From Ruminococcus sp. (GTDB taxonomy: Bacteria > Bacillota > Clostridia > Oscillospirales > Ruminococcaceae): a stretch of 60,263 bases of DNA. Position numbers and translations under genes: made by a program. The stretch is from positions 1-60,263 of the forward strand of contig JAFXEJ010000102.1 of assembly GCA_017513795.1 (NCBI GenBank), read 5' to 3'. Every line of letters starts with the position of its first letter. The stretch's first letter is position 1. Shown in pieces: positions 1-9,150 of the stretch. The notes beneath the pieces are model-generated. The model was not told the origin of the DNA. It did no database searches and worked only from the letters and a program-made list of their open reading frames with translations.

Positions 1-2
1 CT

Positions 3-272
3 ACAACAACAACTACAACTACAACAACATCTACAACTGAGTCTACAACATCTTCTACAGAGTCTACAACAACTACAACAGGTTCAGCAACAACAACAAC
101 AGCTAAGCCTACAACAACAACAACTAAGGCTAAGACAACAGCTAAGCCCAAGGCTACAACAACTAAGAAGCAGGATCCTCCGAAGACAGGTGTTGCTGGC
201 GTAGGCGTTGCAGCAGCTGGTCTCGCAGTAGCTATCGGAACAGCATTTGTTCTCAGAAAGAAGGAAGACTAA
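3..272 (+). CDS. 3' end of a sortase-anchored surface protein (Thr-rich linker, PPKTG sorting motif); possibly ScaE-like anchoring scaffoldin; truncated by window edge
   Basis: Frame from base 3 reads TTTTTTTTTSTTESTT...KKQDPPKTGVAGVGVAAAGLAVAIGTAFVLRKKED*; LPxTG-like motif, hydrophobic helix and charged tail. Confidence 0.85.
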   Translation, partial: TTTTTTTTTSTTESTTSSTESTTTTTGSATTTTAKPTTTTTKAKTTAKPKATTTKKQDPPKTGVAGVGVAAAGLAVAIGTAFVLRKKED

Positions 273-302
273 TTAATTAGTCCTTAATTCACTGATAAAA
301 TT

Positions 303-332
303 AAATCCTCTCCGCAAGGAGAGGATTTTTTT
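303..332. terminator. Intrinsic terminator between convergent genes
   Basis: AAATCCTCTCC-GCAA-GGAGAGGATTT followed by T run. Confidence 0.85.
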
Positions 333-1053
333 ATTTATTCGGGCCCCAGCCGTCAAGGTCGAAGCGCTGCATTGCACCGAAAATACGGTTTTTTATCCCT
401 TCATAGGTCTTGTCAGCCTCAGCAAGGAAGTCCTTCGTTCTCTGTCTGTTAGTGTGTCCGTCAGCGGGACAGACAGATTTGACTATCGGGAGTTCATTTT
501 TCACAGCGGCACGGCGAATATCTTTTTCCGAAGCATAAAGAAGCGGTCTTATCATATGGATATCCTTGCGTTCAAGGTAGGACATCGGCGAAAAACAGCC
601 GATTCTGCCCTCTGTAAAGAGATTCATAATGAAAGTCTCAACAGCGTCGTCGTAGTTATGTCCAAGAGCAATTTTATTGCATCCAAGAGCAACCGTAGCG
701 TCGTGGAGAGCTCCTCTGCGCATTCTTGCACAAAGACTGCACGGATTAGTTTCCTTGCGGACGTCAAAAACAATTTCCGCAATCTGCGTTTTAATAACCT
801 TGTACTCAATTCCCTTGTCACGGCAGAAATCCGCAATCGGCGAATAATCGGTACTTACGCCCTTGAATCCTGGATCAAGCGTAACTCCGGTTATCGTGTA
901 ATCTATGTTTATAAACCTCTGCAAGAGATGAAGTCCGTACAGCATAACGAGACTATCCTTGCCGCCGGAAACTCCCACACAAATGCGATCGCCGTCCTTA
1001 ATAAGATCATATTCCTGAATCGCCTTTCTCATATAGCCGAGAATCCTCTGCAT
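331..1053 (-). CDS. ttcA: tRNA 2-thiocytidine biosynthesis protein (TtcA family)
   Basis: PP-loop SGGKDS, CSLC..RRG, GHxxDD, IRPL motifs. Confidence 0.88.
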   Translation of the reverse strand: MQRILGYMRKAIQEYDLIKDGDRICVGVSGGKDSLVMLYGLHLLQRFINIDYTITGVTLDPGFKGVSTDYSPIADFCRDKGIEYKVIKTQIAEIVFDVRKETNPCSLCARMRRGALHDATVALGCNKIALGHNYDDAVETFIMNLFTEGRIGCFSPMSYLERKDIHMIRPLLYASEKDIRRAAVKNELPIVKSVCPADGHTNRQRTKDFLAEADKTYEGIKNRIFGAMQRFDLDGWGPNK

Positions 1054-1081
1054 AAAAATCCTCCTTAAGATTAATATAGAA

Positions 1082-1146
1082 AGTATAACATATTTTCAAG
1101 AAAATTGCAAATATATCTTGCAAAAATCCGAAAAATATATTATAAT
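1082..1146. promoter_or_regulatory. Back-to-back sigmaA-type promoters for ttcA (-) and galE (+)
   Basis: (-) TTGCAA(1110-1105)-17-TATACT(1087-1082); (+) TTGCAA(1118-1123)-17-TATAAT(1141-1146). Confidence 0.65.
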
Positions 1147-1178
1147 AATAATATATAACACAATGGAGGATATGAAAA

Positions 1179-2192
1179 ATGTCACAGATTCTTGTAACGG
1201 GTGGTACTGGCTTTATAGGCAGCCATACATGCGTTGAGCTTTTAGCAAATAACTATGAAATTATTGTTGTGGATAATCTTTCGAATTCAAAGGTGGCAGC
1301 CGTTGACAGAATTGAAAAAATCAGCGGAAAGAAAATCAAATTTTATGAAGCTGATATATGCGATTATGAGAAAATGACTGCAATTTTCAAGGAAAACGAC
1401 ATAAGCGCTGTAATTCATTTTGCCGGACTTAAAGCAGTCGGCGAATCAGTACAGAAGCCCCTTGAATACTACACAAACAATATCTACGGAACCCTTATTC
1501 TTCTTCGTGCAATGCGTGAAAATGGATGCAAGAGGATAGTTTTCTCCTCATCTGCTACTGTTTATGGCATGAATAATGTGGCTCCGTACACTGAGGATAT
1601 GCCTACATCTGCTACGAATCCTTACGGCTACACAAAGGTAATGATCGAGCAGATTCTCAGGGACTGCTGTGTTTCCGACAAGGAAATGAGCGTTGTAGCA
1701 CTGAGATATTTCAATCCTATCGGTGCTCACAAAAGCGGGCTTATAGGTGAGGATCCCAACGGAATCCCGAATAATCTTGTTCCCTATATCGCACAGGTTG
1801 CAGCCGGTAAGCTTCAGCAGCTCAGCGTTTTCGGCAATGATTATGATACTCCCGACGGAACTGGCGTAAGAGATTACATTCATGTTGTAGATCTTGCGGC
1901 TGGCCATGTATGCGCTATCGAATATGCAGAAAAGAATTCCGGATTTGAGGCTGTAAATCTCGGAACAGGAAATGGCTCCAGCGTTCTTGAAGTAGTTGCC
2001 GCATACGAAAAAGCTTGCGGAAAACCAATTAACAAGCGTATAGCTCCAAGACGTTCCGGTGATATCGCAACATGTTTTGCTGACGCTTCAAAGGCAAAGA
2101 ATCTTTTCGGTTGGGAAGCAAAGTCTGATATCAACGAAATGTGCGCTGACAGCTGGAATTTCACAAAGCTTAATCCCAACGGAATAGAGTAA
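1179..2192 (+). CDS. galE: UDP-glucose 4-epimerase
   Basis: GGTGFIGSH, HFAGLKAVGES, YGYTK, LRYFNPIGAH, DGTGVRDYIHV. Confidence 0.96.
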   Translation: MSQILVTGGTGFIGSHTCVELLANNYEIIVVDNLSNSKVAAVDRIEKISGKKIKFYEADICDYEKMTAIFKENDISAVIHFAGLKAVGESVQKPLEYYTNNIYGTLILLRAMRENGCKRIVFSSSATVYGMNNVAPYTEDMPTSATNPYGYTKVMIEQILRDCCVSDKEMSVVALRYFNPIGAHKSGLIGEDPNGIPNNLVPYIAQVAAGKLQQLSVFGNDYDTPDGTGVRDYIHVVDLAAGHVCAIEYAEKNSGFEAVNLGTGNGSSVLEVVAAYEKACGKPINKRIAPRRSGDIATCFADASKAKNLFGWEAKSDINEMCADSWNFTKLNPNGIE

Positions 2193-2236
2193 TAACATTT
2201 ATTTAAATATATTTTAAAACAGAAAGGACTGTTAAA

Positions 2237-2707
2237 ATGTCAGAACAGCTTAAAAATCTCCTGATTCTTCTTGCCGGAATTGTTGTAATACTTCTTGTTG
2301 TCATACTGCTTTTCAGCGGACAAAGTAATTTCCGGAGATTCCTGTCTGTTTTTCTTGACGGTCAGGGCAATGGAAATTCTGACGTAAACCGTCGGCAGAC
2401 AAGAGGCGTTTCGTCCTCAGGTTCATCCGATAATAATCAGAAGAAGGTTTCCGGTCCTGTTGTAGAAATGGCTACACTTATCAGAAAATGCGACGACAGA
2501 CTCCGTATCATCGAGAGTACAGGCAAGGTTGAGATAAAGGATGCACGATATGAGCTTATTTTCGTTACACGAAAGGGCAGAAATGTCGTTATAGAGTGTT
2601 CTCCTGAGGCTTATGAAAAGGTTCCGTTCAACCAGCAGGGATCTCTCACATACAAGAAAAATACACTTGTTAAGTTCAAATATTATGAGGATACGGTTTA
2701 TAATTAA
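2237..2707 (+). CDS. Membrane-anchored protein, DUF2500-like
   Basis: N-terminal TM helix; C-terminal Y..F......G.LTY pattern typical of DUF2500; AAAGGA RBS. Confidence 0.6.
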   Translation: MSEQLKNLLILLAGIVVILLVVILLFSGQSNFRRFLSVFLDGQGNGNSDVNRRQTRGVSSSGSSDNNQKKVSGPVVEMATLIRKCDDRLRIIESTGKVEIKDARYELIFVTRKGRNVVIECSPEAYEKVPFNQQGSLTYKKNTLVKFKYYEDTVYN

Positions 2708-2709
2708 CG

Positions 2710-3381
2710 ATGGTAAATTTCAATAATGACTGGGACGAACTGCTGAAAGGTGAGTTCGAAAAGGAATATTACCTTGCGCTGCGGCAGAAACTTATTAATG
2801 AGTACCGCACGCAGAGGATATATCCGGGAATGTATGACATCTTCAATGCGCTGAAGTATACGTCCTATAACGACGTAAAATGTGTGATTATCGGACAGGA
2901 CCCTTATCATGGCGAAGGACAGGCGCACGGGCTGAGTTTCTCTGTATGCCGTGGAATAACGCCTCCGCCGTCACTTGTGAATATTTTTAAGGAAATCCGT
3001 GATGATCTCGGAATCAACAATCTCGGAAAGCACGGCGAGCTTATAAAGTGGGCACAGCAGGGAGTTCTTCTGCTGAATTCCGTTCTGACTGTCCGTGCGA
3101 ATCAGGCAAGAAGCCACAGAGGTCTTGGCTGGGAGGAGTTCACAACAGACGTCATAAAGCTCCTTAATGAGCGTGAAAAGCCGATGGTATTCATGCTCTG
3201 GGGCGGCGATGCCAAGGCAAAACAGCAGTTTATAACAAATCCGGCGCACCTTGTGCTGAAAGCGGCGCATCCGAGTCCGCTGTCGGCGTATAATGGATTT
3301 TTCGGGTGCAGGCATTTTTCACAGGCAAATGAATTTCTCCGTTCATGCGGAATGGACGGTATCGACTGGTCGATTGACTGA
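2710..3381 (+). CDS. ung: Uracil-DNA glycosylase
   Basis: GQDPYH, PPSLVNI, LLLN, HPSPLS motifs. Confidence 0.96.
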   Translation: MVNFNNDWDELLKGEFEKEYYLALRQKLINEYRTQRIYPGMYDIFNALKYTSYNDVKCVIIGQDPYHGEGQAHGLSFSVCRGITPPPSLVNIFKEIRDDLGINNLGKHGELIKWAQQGVLLLNSVLTVRANQARSHRGLGWEEFTTDVIKLLNEREKPMVFMLWGGDAKAKQQFITNPAHLVLKAAHPSPLSAYNGFFGCRHFSQANEFLRSCGMDGIDWSID

Positions 3382-3392
3382 AACGAGGAAAA

Positions 3393-4253
3393 ATGCGTAT
3401 AAAAGATATTTTTAAGGAAAGAACTGTCTTCTCCTTCGAGGTTTTTCCTCCGAAGAAAACAAGCAGTATTGATGTTATCTATAAAACTCTTGATGAAATG
3501 AAAGGTCTTGAGCCTGATTTTATCAGCGTAACTTTTAGTGCCGGAGGAAGCGGAAACGGCGGCTTTGCGTGTGATATTGCGTCCAGAATCAAGGAAATGG
3601 GAATTACTCCGGTAATTCACCTTCCTTGTATCAACAACACAAAGGAAGAAATTTCAGCAACACTTGATGAGATAAAGGAGAGAGGCATAGAGAATATCCT
3701 CGCACTCAGAGGCGATATTAATCCCGATATTCCGCCGAAAACGGATTTTCTTCATGCAAGCGATCTCATCACATTTATAAAAACAAAGGGTGATTTTGAC
3801 ATCGCCGGAGCTTGCTATCCGGAGGGACATCCTGATTCTGACAGCCTTGTGGACGATATTATCAATCTTCGCAAAAAGGTCGAAGCGGGTGCAGATCACC
3901 TCATAACACAGCTGTTTTTTGACAATGAGTATTTCTATGATTTCCGTGAAAAAGCAGCAATTGCCGGTATAAATGTACCGATCGAAGCCGGAATCATGCC
4001 GGTTGTAAATAAGAATCAGATCGAGCGCATGGTCACGACATGCGGTGCAAGTCTGCCGAAAAAGTTCGTGAAAATCATGCAGAAATACGAGCATAATCCC
4101 GAAGCTCTCCGTGACGCCGGAATTGCTTATGCTGTAAATCAGATCGTTGATCTGGTGGCTAACGGAGTTGACGGAATTCATCTTTACACGATGAATAATT
4201 CCTATGTTGCCCGGAAAATCAGTGAGGCTGTTCTGGGAATAATCCGTTCATGA
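3393..4253 (+). CDS. metF: 5,10-methylenetetrahydrofolate reductase
   Basis: FSFEVFPPK, LALRGD, YPEGH, ITQLFF, GIHLYTMN. Confidence 0.95.
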   Translation: MRIKDIFKERTVFSFEVFPPKKTSSIDVIYKTLDEMKGLEPDFISVTFSAGGSGNGGFACDIASRIKEMGITPVIHLPCINNTKEEISATLDEIKERGIENILALRGDINPDIPPKTDFLHASDLITFIKTKGDFDIAGACYPEGHPDSDSLVDDIINLRKKVEAGADHLITQLFFDNEYFYDFREKAAIAGINVPIEAGIMPVVNKNQIERMVTTCGASLPKKFVKIMQKYEHNPEALRDAGIAYAVNQIVDLVANGVDGIHLYTMNNSYVARKISEAVLGIIRS

Positions 4254-4915
4254 TCACTCTCGAAAATGTTTCCGTAAGCGAAACAGCACGATATATGGGC
4301 GTTAAGGGCGAGCCTGATGAAAACGTGATAAGGCTTATAGAAAAAGCCGACAGTGCAGCACGAAAGGCTGTTGCTCCTAAGTATGTGTATCGTGTCAGCG
4401 GCGTGGAAATTGTCAGTGATGGCGTAAAGCTTTCGGACTGCGGAATTTTTCTGTCGGGAGATGATATAAAAAAGCACTTTGAACGGTGCGGAAAAGCCGT
4501 AGTTTTTGCGGCAACCCTGTCGGCGGAGGCTGACAAGCTTATACGCAGAGCAGAAGTTACGGATATGGCTGAAGCTCTTGCGATGGACTGCGTTTGCAGT
4601 TCGCTGATTGAACAGTTCTGCGATAAGGCAGAAGAAGAAATTTTCCGGGAAGTAAAAGCCGCATACAGAACATGGCGGTTTAGTCCCGGATACGGCGATT
4701 TACCGATATCTGTACAGGATGAGTTGGTAAGAGCTCTGAATGCACAAAGACGAATAGGTCTGACGGTTACGCCGGAAAATATTCTGATTCCTTCAAAGTC
4801 GGTGACGGCAGTGATAGGAATTTCAGAAGTACCTGTCCATGAAAGGTCAGGAAAGTGTGAGTTTTGTAATATGAGGGGGATGTGTGCATTTTCGGCACAA
4901 TTTAAAGAGGAATGA
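4250..4915 (+). CDS. Stand-alone B12-dependent methionine synthase activation-domain protein
   Basis: RFSPGYGD, P.KSVTAVIG and C-terminal CxxC..C; ATGA overlap with metF. Confidence 0.85.
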   Translation: MITLENVSVSETARYMGVKGEPDENVIRLIEKADSAARKAVAPKYVYRVSGVEIVSDGVKLSDCGIFLSGDDIKKHFERCGKAVVFAATLSAEADKLIRRAEVTDMAEALAMDCVCSSLIEQFCDKAEEEIFREVKAAYRTWRFSPGYGDLPISVQDELVRALNAQRRIGLTVTPENILIPSKSVTAVIGISEVPVHERSGKCEFCNMRGMCAFSAQFKEE

Positions 4916-5075
4916 ACTATTACAAAACTGGCGCATAAAATTTAGGCAACACCGCACAAAACACGCCTGACGGCTTTGCACGAAATCTGGTTGCAAGCTT
5001 TGTTCGGTATTGCCTTAAGGCTGTACAGCCAAAAATTCCCCTCCTCTCAAAAAGTGAAGAAAGAGGTATGGTAGA

Positions 5076-6497
5076 ATGAAAAAATTCAAGATTTTTCTTG
5101 CCGCATTGCTTGTAACTTCAATGACATTTGCAGCAACAGGATGCGGAAAATCCGACAAAAGCTCTGGTGACGGAGCAAAGGAAAACGAAACACAGGAATT
5201 TACAATGCCTGCTGAAAGAGAAGAAAAGCTTCTTGCGGCATTGGAAAACGAAAAGGATGTAACCCTTGACGGTGAACTTGAAAACAAGACAATAAAGTGG
5301 ATGGCAGACTGGGATATCAACCCCAGAGAGAGCGATCCTATTCCGCACTCTGATCTCTATTATTTTCAGAAGGTCTACGGCGGAAATATCGAGTATCATC
5401 ACGTTGACTACGAGCAGCGCTATGATAAGCTTTCCGAAGCTATAAGCAGCGGCGAGGGAATCGACTTCTTCTATGCCGGAAACGGCGATGCGATTCCTAA
5501 GGGTGCTATCCGTCAGCTGTTCATGCCTGTCGATGACTATATCGACTTTAATTCTCCGCTGTGGGAGGATGTCAAGGAAGTAAATGACAGCCTTATGTGG
5601 AACGACAAGCATTATACAGCTATTGTGCAGACATCAGGTGATGCTGTTGCAGTGCTTTACAACAGAAAGACTTTCCAGGAAGCTGGTCTTGATGATCCGG
5701 CTGTTCTCTACGAAAACGGCGAATGGACATGGGATACTTTCCAGGAGCTTCTTGAAAAATTTGTAGATACGTCCGATCAGCGTTTCGGAATCGACGGCTG
5801 GTGGTTTGAATTCGGACTTATCAATACTATCGGAGTTCCGCCTGTCAGCATTGAAGACGGAAAGCTTGTGAATAATCTCGGAAGCCCTGACATGGAGCGT
5901 GTTCAGAACTGGATCTATGAGATGTATCAGAAGGATCTTATAGCTATCGGTGTCGGCGATTACGGCTGGGAAGCTAAACCGCAGTATATCGGCGAGGGCA
6001 AGCTTATGTTCTATCCTGTAGGACTTTATGAGCTTTATACAACTCCAGACGTATGGAAGGCAAAGTACGGTGAGGATGCATTCTTCGTACCTATGCCGAA
6101 AGATCCCGAATCTGATGAATATTATGTTCCGGCAAAAATGGAGGCTTATTCCATAGTATCCGGTGCGTCAAATCCGGAGGGCGTTGCGAAATATCTTGAC
6201 TGCAAGCGTTATCTCCTGTTGAATGAGGAAGCAAGAGCAGTCGCTGACGGAGCAATGTTCGTTGATTCTTACGGCTGGACTCAGGAAATGGTAGACATGA
6301 AGGACAGCATGGAACAGCTTGCACTGGATAATCCCGTGCTTGATATTTCCAGAGGAGTGTCTGCTGACTGCGGCGAAGTTCTTGACAGTGACCTGAGAAA
6401 TGCGGCAAGAGGAAAGCCATGGAATGAGACATTTGATTCGACAAATCCCGTTGTACAAAAGTATATAGATAAGGTGAACAGCGGCGAAATAGATTAA
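5076..6497 (+). CDS. Extracellular solute-binding lipoprotein (sugar ABC type), no adjacent permeases
   Basis: Lipobox ATGC; LYN..F..AGL.DP..LY..GEWTWD motif. Confidence 0.8.
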   Translation: MKKFKIFLAALLVTSMTFAATGCGKSDKSSGDGAKENETQEFTMPAEREEKLLAALENEKDVTLDGELENKTIKWMADWDINPRESDPIPHSDLYYFQKVYGGNIEYHHVDYEQRYDKLSEAISSGEGIDFFYAGNGDAIPKGAIRQLFMPVDDYIDFNSPLWEDVKEVNDSLMWNDKHYTAIVQTSGDAVAVLYNRKTFQEAGLDDPAVLYENGEWTWDTFQELLEKFVDTSDQRFGIDGWWFEFGLINTIGVPPVSIEDGKLVNNLGSPDMERVQNWIYEMYQKDLIAIGVGDYGWEAKPQYIGEGKLMFYPVGLYELYTTPDVWKAKYGEDAFFVPMPKDPESDEYYVPAKMEAYSIVSGASNPEGVAKYLDCKRYLLLNEEARAVADGAMFVDSYGWTQEMVDMKDSMEQLALDNPVLDISRGVSADCGEVLDSDLRNAARGKPWNETFDSTNPVVQKYIDKVNSGEID

Positions 6498-6539
6498 TTG
6501 TGCAGTATTCTGAAAATTGTAAATAAATTATTAATGATA

Positions 6540-6568
6540 TTGAATTTATGAAAAATATGTGTTATAAT
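6540..6568 (+). promoter_or_regulatory. sigmaA-type promoter
   Basis: TTGAAT-17-TATAAT with TG extended -10. Confidence 0.6.
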
Positions 6569-6599
6569 GTTATAGCTAAGAATGGAAGGAGGCTGTGAT

Positions 6600-7553
6600 A
6601 TGAATAAAGTTGTTGTGACAGGCGGATGCGGTCTTATAGGACAGCATATCTGCTCGGGACTTTTGAAAAAAGGCTTTGAAGTCATAGCTGTTGACCGTGA
6701 ACCCGGTTTCTATAATGAAGGAAAGCTTCATTATTCCTTTGTACAGGCAAATCCTACAGATAAGGACGCTTATGCAGAGATCTTTGAGAAAAACGAGATT
6801 GATATTCTGATTCACGGCGCCTGCACCGTTGATAACGACCTCGGTCCGATAGTTACTGAAAAGGAAATGAACGAATGCAAACAGTGTGACAAGTTCGTGT
6901 ATCGCTATGCAATGACAGAAAATGTCGGAAAAATCATTCTTCTCAGTACGGATAAGGTATATGATTTCCCGAAAACAAGAGAGCCGATTCGTGAGGATTC
7001 AGAGCTTAAACCGGTTTCAAACTACGCTTTGATGAAGTATGAATCTGAAAAGGCACTTGTTGCCGAAATGCAGCATCACAAGAATGTAATGTGCTGTATT
7101 GCGAGATTCTCTCCTGTTTATACACATGATTTTACTGATAATCTTATGTCAAGAATTACAAATCCTAAGGATGGCAGTCTCTTTGTAATCGGTCAGGGTC
7201 AGAATGGATTCCAGCTCTGCTGTGTGCATAACCTTGTTGATTTCATTCTGTGCTATGCAAAAAATGCCGATGATCTGAGCTATGCCGGCGTTTACAACGT
7301 AAGCGATAAGCATATTACAACTTGTGCTGATATAATCAGCTTCATGAGAGATAATCATCGTCTCGGACCTGTACTTCAGAAGAATCCAGGCGGTACAATT
7401 TCTAAAATCAAGGGTATTTTCGGCGGAAACAAGGACGAAAAGACAAATTATCGTTTCCTTGACATGAATAAGCTTGAAAATAATAATATGCTTGATAATA
7501 CAAAGGCTGCAAAGCTGACGAATCCTCGTTGGAATCTGTCAAACACAAAGTAA
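6600..7553 (+). CDS. NAD-dependent epimerase/dehydratase (extended SDR)
   Basis: VTGGCGLIG, YALMK catalytic motif; AGGAGG RBS favours ATG at 6600. Confidence 0.85.
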   Translation: MNKVVVTGGCGLIGQHICSGLLKKGFEVIAVDREPGFYNEGKLHYSFVQANPTDKDAYAEIFEKNEIDILIHGACTVDNDLGPIVTEKEMNECKQCDKFVYRYAMTENVGKIILLSTDKVYDFPKTREPIREDSELKPVSNYALMKYESEKALVAEMQHHKNVMCCIARFSPVYTHDFTDNLMSRITNPKDGSLFVIGQGQNGFQLCCVHNLVDFILCYAKNADDLSYAGVYNVSDKHITTCADIISFMRDNHRLGPVLQKNPGGTISKIKGIFGGNKDEKTNYRFLDMNKLENNNMLDNTKAAKLTNPRWNLSNTK

Positions 7554-7558
7554 AATTA

Positions 7559-7587
7559 AAGGCTGCATGGAATTTCCATGCAGCCTT
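7559..7587. terminator. Probable bidirectional terminator
   Basis: AAGGCTGCATGGAA-T-TTCCATGCAGCCTT between convergent genes. Confidence 0.8.
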
Positions 7588-7590
7588 GTT

Positions 7591-7833
7591 TCATTCTATA
7601 ACCGTGTAATTATCAGCGGCATTTTCTTTTGTTGCGTGTTCCGTAACGTTGAGAACCTTGACTTTAAGAGGACGGTTTCCAATATTGATCTCAATGATAT
7701 CGCCGACCTTTACATCGTAGGAAGCACGGGCAACTCTGCCGTTCACGACAATTTTTTCAGCGTCACAGGCTTCATTAGCGATAGTTCTGCGCTTTATGAG
7801 TCTTGTGACTTTCAGGTATTTATCCAATCTCAC
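7591..7833 (-). CDS. yabO: S4-domain RNA-binding protein (YabO/RqcP family)
   Basis: MRLDKYLKVTRLIKRRT; conserved mazG-hup-yabO order. Confidence 0.9.
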   Translation of the reverse strand: MRLDKYLKVTRLIKRRTIANEACDAEKIVVNGRVARASYDVKVGDIIEINIGNRPLKVKVLNVTEHATKENAADNYTVIE

Positions 7834-7865
7834 TGAATATTACCTCCTTCCGGCGTAAACCGGAA

Positions 7866-8141
7866 TTACTTATTTACAGCGTCCTTGAGAGTCTTGCCGG
7901 GCTTGAAAGCAGGAGTCTTGCTGGGAGGGCATACCATAGGCTGCTTAGTTCTGGGATTGATTCCCTTCTTTTCGCCTCTTTCACGGATCTCGAATGTACC
8001 GAAGCCTGTGATAGAAACCTTTTCTCCGTTTTCAAGAGCTTCCTGAATAGCTGCAAGAGTTGCTTCAAGAGCGCATCCAGCGTCTTTCTTTGTGCAGTTA
8101 GCTTTATCTGCGATAGAATTAATAAGTTCTGCTTTTGTCAT
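7866..8141 (-). CDS. hup: DNA-binding protein HU
   Basis: MTKAELI, GFGTF, G.NPRT, PAFKPGK; GGAGG RBS supports start 8141. Confidence 0.95.
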   Translation of the reverse strand: MTKAELINSIADKANCTKKDAGCALEATLAAIQEALENGEKVSITGFGTFEIRERGEKKGINPRTKQPMVCPPSKTPAFKPGKTLKDAVNK

Positions 8142-8178
8142 TTTTATTTCCTCCAATAATTTTTTGTTCGGTTAAGCT

Positions 8179-8976
8179 TTAAAGCTGTTTTTTTGCCTTA
8201 TCCCAGTAAACGTCAAGCTCCTCGATAGAGAGCTGCGGCATATCAAGACCGTTTTCAGCAACGAGTTTTTCTGTTGCGTCGAAACGTCTGATAAACTTGT
8301 CTGTTGCGGCTTTAAGAGCAAGCTCAGCGTCGATACCAAGATGACGTGCTGCATTTACGCAGCTAAAGAGCAGATCGCCGAGTTCTTCCTCGATATTTGC
8401 CTTGTCTCCGGAAAGAACAGCATTATCGAGTTCTTTCTTTTCGTTGGCGATACAAGCGATAGCATCGTCAGCGCAGCGGAAATCCATTCCGGCACGCATA
8501 GCACGCTTGCCGACTTTCTGGGCTCTCATAAGAGCGGGCAGAGATTTAGCAACGCTGTTGAGGGTGTCAGTATAGCTTGTCTGTCCCTTTGTTTCCATTT
8601 TGATAGCGTCCCAGTTTTTGAGCACCTGATCGGTGTCATCTGCGATCACTTCGCCGAAAACGTGCGGGTGACGGATGATGAGCTTTTTGCAGATACCATC
8701 GCAGATATCCTCAAATTTGAAGGAGTTGAGTTCCTCCTCGATTCTGCAATGGAAAACGACCTGTAAGAGGACATCGCCGAGTTCTTCACGGAGAAGCTCA
8801 GTATCCTTGAGATCAATAGCCTCGATAACCTCACAGGTTTCCTCGAGGAAATCAGTTCTTATAGATTCATGAGTCTGTTCACGGTCCCAAGGACAACCAC
8901 CCTCGCTGCGGAGAAGTCTCACGATATCAATGAGATCATCAATGTTATAATTCTGCTTCTGTTCATATTCAACCAT
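8179..8976 (-). CDS. mazG: Nucleoside triphosphate pyrophosphohydrolase MazG
   Basis: GCPWDREQT, EELGDVLLQVVFH, RHPHVF, EELGDLLF. Confidence 0.93.
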   Translation of the reverse strand: MVEYEQKQNYNIDDLIDIVRLLRSEGGCPWDREQTHESIRTDFLEETCEVIEAIDLKDTELLREELGDVLLQVVFHCRIEEELNSFKFEDICDGICKKLIIRHPHVFGEVIADDTDQVLKNWDAIKMETKGQTSYTDTLNSVAKSLPALMRAQKVGKRAMRAGMDFRCADDAIACIANEKKELDNAVLSGDKANIEEELGDLLFSCVNAARHLGIDAELALKAATDKFIRRFDATEKLVAENGLDMPQLSIEELDVYWDKAKKQL

Positions 8977-9066
8977 AATAAAACTCCCTGAAAAGCGTAT
9001 ACACGATAATCGTGCAATATTATAATACCTTAAAACAGGCTGAAAATCAAGTGATTTTTACAAATT

Positions 9067-9116
9067 TGTGGATATAGTATAATTTTTATGTTGAAAAAAG
9101 CTGCACCTTATCCACA
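9067..9116. promoter_or_regulatory. Pair of DnaA-box-like sites
   Basis: TTATCCACA at 9108-9116 (perfect) and TGTGGATAT at 9067-9075 (one mismatch, opposite strand). Confidence 0.45.
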
Positions 9117-9150
9117 TAGCCGACCTTTCAGCGATATGCCGGAAATGAAA

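Noticed and set aside
1-165. ACA/ACT tandem repeats (also 28320-28382) as microsatellite or CRISPR
   Set aside because: In-frame Thr-rich protein linkers; no repeat-spacer structure
9002-9014. Palindrome CACGATAATCGTG shared with 27782-27794
   Set aside because: The second copy is the tRNA terminator stem; two short palindromes do not define a motif
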